Origin: Candidatus Saccharimonadota bacterium
GTDB taxonomy: Bacteria > Patescibacteriota > Saccharimonadia > Saccharimonadales > Saccharimonadaceae
Direction: 5' to 3'
DNA length: 64,000 nucleotides
Assembly: GCA_017509895.1 (NCBI GenBank)
Contig: JAFWOH010000001.1
Location: 1,454-65,453, forward strand
Both the position numbers and the translations under genes were made by a program. Position 1 is the stretch's first letter; every line of letters begins with the position of its first letter. The notes below the pieces were generated by a model, which worked only from the letters and a program-made list of their open reading frames with translations, was not told where the DNA came from and made no database searches. This document shows, piece after piece, positions 58,505 to 64,000 of the stretch.

Positions 58505-58957
58505 TTAGAAACCGATTTCTTCTTTGAGGATATTGTTCATGTCGGCAGTGTTTGATTCTGCATTACCAACCCCTTCTTCATTCTGAACCTCTAGTTCTGA
58601 CACATTTTCGAATCTAATTGTGCCGTAGGTTGTATCATACTCAAAACACTCTATGTAATCTGGCAAAACAATAGCATTGTCGATGTATACCATCTCGCCA
58701 TTTTGAGTTTCCATAAGATAGCTATATGAATGTTCGCTATCACCTACGGGCCTCTTTTCCACTTCAAGTATTTTATCACCTTTGTGAAAATCTCCTTTGA
58801 TTCCTAGAAAGCGTTCAGCTAGTTCGTCGGCGTCGGTATTTTGCCCCCCTATTGGTATATAATTTGATGGTTCATATTCATGAGCGGCATCGTTTGAACC
58901 ACATCCTGTTAAAATAAGTGCTAAAAGTGAAACCGCTAAAATCATTCCTTTTGTCAT
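58505..58957 (-). CDS. Hypothetical lipoprotein-like protein
   Basis: Signal peptide with lipobox-like LTGC; under leader copy B; terminator at ~58470-58500. Confidence 0.7.
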   Translation of the reverse strand: MTKGMILAVSLLALILTGCGSNDAAHEYEPSNYIPIGGQNTDADELAERFLGIKGDFHKGDKILEVEKRPVGDSEHSYSYLMETQNGEMVYIDNAIVLPDYIECFEYDTTYGTIRFENVSELEVQNEEGVGNAESNTADMNNILKEEIGF

Positions 58958-59146
58958 ATACCCACCTTTCTGCGTTTATTGCCCGCCGGCAAAAGAAAAT
59001 ATTTTGCCACAAGGCTACCACATAAAAAGCGAGAATATGAAATCTCTCTAATCGCTTTTAATGTGCTAGCCTCGTGAAATCTCACTTAAACTTTACACTT
59101 GTATTATATCACACTTTCTCTTTAAAGTCAATACTGTTTATGCTAA
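58958..59146 (-). promoter_or_regulatory. Promoter + conserved structured leader, copy B
   Basis: Homologous to 48504-48688. Confidence 0.8.
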
Positions 59147-59276
59147 AAAACTCATTTAGTCAAATTGACAGTATTCCCTCTGTAGCCAGACGAAGGCTTA
59201 GGTGGGCATTGGTTATCTATAAGAGGAGTTTCTGCTGGTTGCTCAGGCTAGAAACTAGTGCTATAATTATCGGGAA

Positions 59277-59498
59277 ATGCAGTATAGAGAATTTGAACCG
59301 AAGAAATGCTGGGTTGGCGAGAGCCAGAAGATTTGTTATCCGACGCGAGAGGAGGCCGAGGTGGCGGCGCGGGTGGCGGAGCATGACCATGGGGCGCCGC
59401 GGCTGTCAGTCTACCATTGTGAATTTTGCAATGAATGGCATCTATCAAGTTTGGGCCCTTTTCTTGGAAGAAAAGGTCCCAACGCCAAAAGAACCTAG
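59277..59498 (+). CDS. Small putative Zn-binding protein (C...Y.C..C..WHL)
   Basis: TGCTATAAT upstream; Cys/His ligand pattern. Confidence 0.65.
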   Translation: MQYREFEPKKCWVGESQKICYPTREEAEVAARVAEHDHGAPRLSVYHCEFCNEWHLSSLGPFLGRKGPNAKRT

Positions 59499-59539
59499 GA
59501 TGATTCTAAAGTCAGGCACATGTCCTGACTTTAGAATTG

Positions 59540-61558
59540 TTATAGCCTACCACTATTCGGAATCTTAGGCAGATTATTTTTAGTTTTAAAAATTTTTATT
59601 GTATTTTTGCCGCGGAGACCGGTTTTTGAGACTGGTGCTAGAGTCAAGGTGTGGCTGCCGGGAGTTAAATCCGTAAGAGTGAATTCTGTCCCTTCGGTGA
59701 GACAGAGAGCGTAATCATCGAGGAAGATGACGGTCTTTTCGGCATCAGTCTTGAAGGACACTTTAGCGGTGGTTTCAGATGGATTAATCTCTAGGTTTTC
59801 GATGGTGGGGGTGGAGCCAAGGTCTTCGCCATTTGTGACGGTGAGATAGGCGGAGGCCGAAGAAGATAGGCCGGACTTTGTCACGACTTTAGATTGAATG
59901 AAGCCGGAGGTGGGTGCCGTATAAAGCGAGCTGATATTAGGTGAGGAAGTGATGAGCTCGAAAGCCCCGTCCATATCTAAATCCCATTCAAAATGATCGA
60001 TGTCACTAGACTTGGTATCGACAAGGAAGGTGGCGATTTTATCGGTTGTGACAGAATAAGTTTCAAATTGGAAGTTAAGAGCAGGGCGGTTTAAGAGGGT
60101 TTCGCCAGAGAGGGCGATATCTTTACTAGAGAGGCTAAAGACTTTACCATTGGTCCCCGAGGCGAGAGCGTTATAGTTAGAAGTGATGCTCGCCGGGGCA
60201 ATGATGTAAAAATTGACCGGGTCGATTTCGAGACTGCGTTTTACGACATCAGAGAGAGTAGTGCCATCAAAATCGGCATCGTGATAGGTGGCGTCGGTGA
60301 GGAGTACGATAGATTTAGTCGCACCCTTTTGCCATTTTAGCTCGTTCATCACGCCGAGCGAGGCGGAGAGAACAGATTCGGGAGTGTCGCCGCCGCCAGA
60401 GACGGTGATTTTATTGATTTTTTCGGAAAACTCTTCGTAAGTACAGGAGAAATCACATAATTTCCTAGGGACGAGGTCTTTACCATCGGCTCTTAAATCA
60501 CGATATTCATAGAGGGCGATGCGGCCGCCATTTTCGACCGTAGTTTTGGCAATCTTAAGGGCCTCGGCTTTATAACTATTGATGACGCCAGACATTGAGC
60601 CGGTGGTGTCAATTAAAATCGCGGTGTCGCGAGCGGCGGAGTGGACAGCCTCTTTTGAAAGCCCTATTTTAGCTGGGAAAATTTGGGCAAGCCTTTGACG
60701 GACGAGGATGGCAGCCTGTTTATAGGGATAGGGTTCTTTTGAGGCGTAATTTAGATGGTCATCTAAAAGATGCGAAAGATTAAAGATGTCAAAATAATTA
60801 CTACACATGACATCTTTCTGAGTACACCAGAGACCGGTGTTTTTAAGATGATTTTCTGGAAAATAATCGGGCTGTTCGGCACCGAGGATGCCAGAATGAG
60901 CATGGCAATTAGGGGCATAGACGCGATAATTTGAAAAATCTTCATTACGGCAAGCGGGCGGATTAATTCCCTCGCCTTCCTTGAGATATAATTTTGGATC
61001 GCCAAATGTTGCGATATAGACAACATTTTCGGGTGTAAGGCCGATGGTGGCTGCATCTTCTTTAAAGAATTGATGTAGGATATAAGCGCCCTCAGAATAG
61101 CCACCAAAGACAAATTTGGTCTCTTTACAAGCTTTCATGGTCTCTTCTAGATGACTTTTTAATTCTGCTATGCCGTTTTTGACACTATTTTGAAATTCGC
61201 CAGATTTTCCGCTAGAGAGAAAGGCGCCTAAAGTAGTTTTAACTTCTTTGAGCGAGCCAAGGCCGATATCGGCTCCGACATAACGATGGCCGGAATATTC
61301 CTTTTCGCCAAGAGAGTAATAGCTAATTTTTAAATCGCTATGCTCTTTCATCTGGGCCTCGAAAGCGGTTTTCCATGCCGCGACATCAGGGCTGTCCGCT
61401 ACATCTGAATCGGCGCCATGAGCAAAGATGATTTCGACATCCTGACAAGTGTCTTTGGCGCTTGCGGGCTTTTGATAACCAATAAGAGCTGCCGCGATGA
61501 TGAGCGGGACAGACAGATATTTGATTTTTAATTTTCGCTTTTGCTTTGTTTTTGACAT
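59540..61558 (-). CDS. Secreted cutinase-family esterase + vWA + PKD-like domain protein
   Basis: C.DV.IIFA.G, GYSEGA, C..KD.MC, HLNY triad; DTTGSMS MIDAS motif; WDLDMDG; ends IPNSGRL. Confidence 0.8.
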   Translation of the reverse strand: MSKTKQKRKLKIKYLSVPLIIAAALIGYQKPASAKDTCQDVEIIFAHGADSDVADSPDVAAWKTAFEAQMKEHSDLKISYYSLGEKEYSGHRYVGADIGLGSLKEVKTTLGAFLSSGKSGEFQNSVKNGIAELKSHLEETMKACKETKFVFGGYSEGAYILHQFFKEDAATIGLTPENVVYIATFGDPKLYLKEGEGINPPACRNEDFSNYRVYAPNCHAHSGILGAEQPDYFPENHLKNTGLWCTQKDVMCSNYFDIFNLSHLLDDHLNYASKEPYPYKQAAILVRQRLAQIFPAKIGLSKEAVHSAARDTAILIDTTGSMSGVINSYKAEALKIAKTTVENGGRIALYEYRDLRADGKDLVPRKLCDFSCTYEEFSEKINKITVSGGGDTPESVLSASLGVMNELKWQKGATKSIVLLTDATYHDADFDGTTLSDVVKRSLEIDPVNFYIIAPASITSNYNALASGTNGKVFSLSSKDIALSGETLLNRPALNFQFETYSVTTDKIATFLVDTKSSDIDHFEWDLDMDGAFELITSSPNISSLYTAPTSGFIQSKVVTKSGLSSSASAYLTVTNGEDLGSTPTIENLEINPSETTAKVSFKTDAEKTVIFLDDYALCLTEGTEFTLTDLTPGSHTLTLAPVSKTGLRGKNTIKIFKTKNNLPKIPNSGRL

Positions 61559-61708
61559 ATTGTCCTCCGTTTAATTGTTAATGACTCGAGGATATATTAG
61601 GTCGAAAATTTCTGCAAGCATAACCTTGATAGCATAAAAAGTTTCGCCCCAAGAAAATCGTTGACTATATTACAAATTTATAGTGGTTTTAGCATAGGCT
61701 GTTTAGCC

Positions 61709-63142
61709 CTATTTAGCCCATTTGGCGAGGCGAGAGAGAAAGGCTTTGGCATCTTTTTCGCTCATTTTAGTGGTTTGGAAAGATTCATCATAGACTGTCG
61801 GGGTGATTTCGGTCTGGAGGAGTTTATTATTCCAGAAATAATGAGTTAAGATGAGCGAGCGCTCTGTACCGGGCCAATAGGTCTGGTCGAAGAAGAGATT
61901 GCCGAGGCCATAGTAAATCGGCTTGTCATTATAAAGCTCAAAAGTTTGGGGTTGATGAGCCTGTGTGCCGACGACCATGTCCGCACCGAGATCGATTAGA
62001 TGTTTAAAGAAAGCTTCTTGCTCCGGCCAATCGGACTCGCCGGCGTTTATCGGATAGTCGCAGGTTTCATGCTCGACAAAGCCATCTGGATAGCAATAAC
62101 ATTCGTAATATTGGACATCGACGATGACGAAATCACCCCTTTCTTTAGCCTCTTTGATTTGCTTTTTGGCGGTTATTTCATCATAGATATTGGCACCGGG
62201 AAGTGTGTCGGTGGCGCCGCCACCGCCGGGCTTTGTCGTGGAAAGATTAAAGCCGAGCCAAGTAATTTTGGTATTTTTTTGATTAATTTCTAAAGGCTTT
62301 TTGGCATCCTCGGCATTTTCGCCGCCGCCAAAAGTTTTGAGATTGTTATCATGATAGAGTTTTAAAGTGTCTATGGCCGCGGCCTTGCCGACATCGACAT
62401 TGTGATTGCCGGTTAGCTCGACAATGTCGGTACCGATAGCCTTGATGGTGTCGAAAACCCGGTTATCGGCGCAGAGGACGGTAGAGCTAGAATCGGTCTT
62501 GCAATCATCGGCGAAGGAGACCTCATTAGAGATGTGGGTAAGATCTGATGAGCTGAGAAGGTCTTTAATATTCTCGGCAAAATAAGCGCCGTCTCCGACC
62601 TGATTTAACTTTGTCTGGATGCCACGAGCGAGAGCGGTGACGCCGGTCTGGTTTAGGCTTAAGACTTCGGATTTGTCAGTCGGGAAATTTGGTAGGCGGG
62701 CCTTGATTTTTTCGGCAATGGTATTTTGCTCCTCTTGATTTCCGCTTTTGATTTTAATGATTTTGAATTTTGCGCCAGATTTAAAATCGTCTAGATAATT
62801 TTTGCCGTCTTGCTCGGTGATGCGGACGGAACTGTCTAATTCCTCAAACGGGATGTATTTAGTTTCGCCATGATAGTAGAAATCTACTACGGGGACCTCG
62901 ATACCTGAAATTAATTCTGAGCCATCTATGCTTGTGACGGTCTCGCTAGAGAGGGTTAGGTCATTTTTTAGTTTTTCATCTTTTAGAATCTCCGCAAGGA
63001 GGGATTTTTCTTCGCTCCCTAGGCTGTCGTCATAAATGACTTTTCCGCGAGGGAGATTAATAAAATACATAATTCCGCAGACGGCGGCGAGGACGATAAT
63101 AAAAGTGATGATGATCCCAAAAGAATGGCGTTTTCTATTCAT
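61709..63142 (-). CDS. CapA-family (PGA_cap) metallophosphatase-fold protein with N-terminal TM
   Basis: TGNHNVD.G, GADMVVGTQAHQPQ, IYYGLGNLFFDQ. Confidence 0.85.
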   Translation of the reverse strand: MNRKRHSFGIIITFIIVLAAVCGIMYFINLPRGKVIYDDSLGSEEKSLLAEILKDEKLKNDLTLSSETVTSIDGSELISGIEVPVVDFYYHGETKYIPFEELDSSVRITEQDGKNYLDDFKSGAKFKIIKIKSGNQEEQNTIAEKIKARLPNFPTDKSEVLSLNQTGVTALARGIQTKLNQVGDGAYFAENIKDLLSSSDLTHISNEVSFADDCKTDSSSTVLCADNRVFDTIKAIGTDIVELTGNHNVDVGKAAAIDTLKLYHDNNLKTFGGGENAEDAKKPLEINQKNTKITWLGFNLSTTKPGGGGATDTLPGANIYDEITAKKQIKEAKERGDFVIVDVQYYECYCYPDGFVEHETCDYPINAGESDWPEQEAFFKHLIDLGADMVVGTQAHQPQTFELYNDKPIYYGLGNLFFDQTYWPGTERSLILTHYFWNNKLLQTEITPTVYDESFQTTKMSEKDAKAFLSRLAKWAK

Positions 63143-63187
63143 AGGCTAATTATAGCACAGAGATTTTTTGAATGAAAGCACGGATAG

Positions 63188-63313
63188 TTTAGATTTTAGC
63201 ATAGGAATTTTAGAATTTAGCATAGGCAGTTTAGATTCTAGCATAAGAATCTTTAGATTTAGCATAAGAGGTTTAAATTTTAATATAAGAATCTTAAGAT
63301 TTAGCTTAAGGAT
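63188..63313. repeat. Six tandem degenerate 21-bp repeats (consensus TTTAGATTTTAGCATARGAAT)
   Basis: Exact 21-bp period starting at 63188, 63209, 63230, 63251, 63272 and 63293; ends at the -10 of the GH97 gene. Confidence 0.9.
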
Positions 63314-63330
63314 TGTAGTATAATATAGAT

Positions 63331-64000
63331 ATGGGACTATTTTCGTGGCTGTTTAGAAAACCGGTTCTAGAATATGATAAGACTTTTGCGAGCCCGAATG
63401 GGCGAATAGTTTTGAAGGTGCAATTAAAACTCGGCCAGCTTTTATATTCGGTCTATCGGGATGGAAAAATCATTATACGAGAGTCTCATCTCGGGATGAG
63501 GCTACGCGGGGATGACCCGCTTTTAAATGGGCTAATGATAGTCCGGGTGGTAGAGAAGACTTTTGATGACACTTATGAATTACCATGGGGAGAACAGAGA
63601 GTGGTGCGAAATAATTTTCGGGAGGTAGCACTATATCTCTCGGAGACCGGCGGGAAGAAGCGTTTGTTTACGATGCGGTTTAGAGTGTTTGATGACGGGG
63701 TGGCATTTCGCTATGAAATCCCGCCTCAGCCAGAGTTTCAGAATATCGTGATTTCAGAAGAATTGACAGAATTTAATGTGGACCTTAATTCCCTAGCTTG
63801 GCATATCCCGGCCTATCAGCCGGATAGGTATGAATATAATTATGAGCGGAATGCACTTTCGGAGATTGATCATTCTGTACATACGCCACTCACCATGCAG
63901 GTGCCGACAGGCTATTATATTTCGATTCACGAAGCGGCGCTCTATAATTATGGTTCGATGACTTTAAAACAAAATCGAGACCAGATTTTAGCGGCGGATA
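63331..64000 (+). CDS. Glycoside hydrolase family 97 (SusB-like alpha-glucosidase), 5' part, truncated by the window
   Basis: SPNG..., S.LG, PWGE...VRNNF.E, FRVFDDGVAFRYEIP, RYEY.Y, TPLT, IHEAAL. Confidence 0.85.
   Translation, partial: MGLFSWLFRKPVLEYDKTFASPNGRIVLKVQLKLGQLLYSVYRDGKIIIRESHLGMRLRGDDPLLNGLMIVRVVEKTFDDTYELPWGEQRVVRNNFREVALYLSETGGKKRLFTMRFRVFDDGVAFRYEIPPQPEFQNIVISEELTEFNVDLNSLAWHIPAYQPDRYEYNYERNALSEIDHSVHTPLTMQVPTGYYISIHEAALYNYGSMTLKQNRDQILAAD

Noticed and set aside
59074-59568. 164-aa plus-strand ORF spanning leader B and the small Zn protein
   Set aside because: It overlaps a promoter and a better-supported ORF in another frame, has a TTG/GTG-type start without SD, and shows no motifs.
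63188-63313. CRISPR array
   Set aside because: The units are contiguous 21-mers with no unique spacers, and no cas genes are nearby.
1-64000. Alternative genetic code (UGA=Gly, as in Gracilibacteria/SR1)
   Set aside because: Core genes are intact under code 11, TGA is used as a stop (for example at 51266), and RF2 is present.

Overview
A compact, operon-dense segment of a reduced bacterial chromosome. It is most consistent with Candidatus Saccharibacteria (TM7, Patescibacteria), probably from an anaerobic host-associated lineage. This is inferred from gene content: short EF-Ts, short ProRS, Zn-free type-B L31, class III RNR and LDH; the standard genetic code is used and RF2 is present. Core genes include ftsEX, prfA/prfB/prmC, frr, murD, secA, hpf, serS, lysS, proS, greA, rseP, rpsB-tsf, htrA, lepB, dus, gpsA, a UvrD-type helicase-nuclease, nrdDG, tRNA-Val(CAC) and tRNA-Gln(TTG). 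Between them lie stand-alone accessory cassettes. The most striking observations are: (1) a solitary CdiA-CT-like PD-(D/E)xK nuclease gene followed by two convergent, separately promoted 42-nt hairpin RNAs with three covarying base pairs, a candidate RNA-antitoxin system; (2) a ~185-bp promoter-plus-structured-leader element present twice, in front of unrelated genes; (3) an AGCAT/TTAGCAT motif exactly 8 bp upstream of four -35 boxes, which also forms a 6 x 21-bp phased array before a GH97 gene; (4) a ~550-nt promoter-to-terminator, hairpin-rich candidate ncRNA beside tRNA-Gln; (5) about 22 genes with a leaderless layout (TATAAT 6-8 nt before ATG); (6) surface proteins with PNTG sorting-like tails, including a lipase and a cutinase-vWA protein. 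No database searches or folding programs could be run; family assignments rest on motif recognition.
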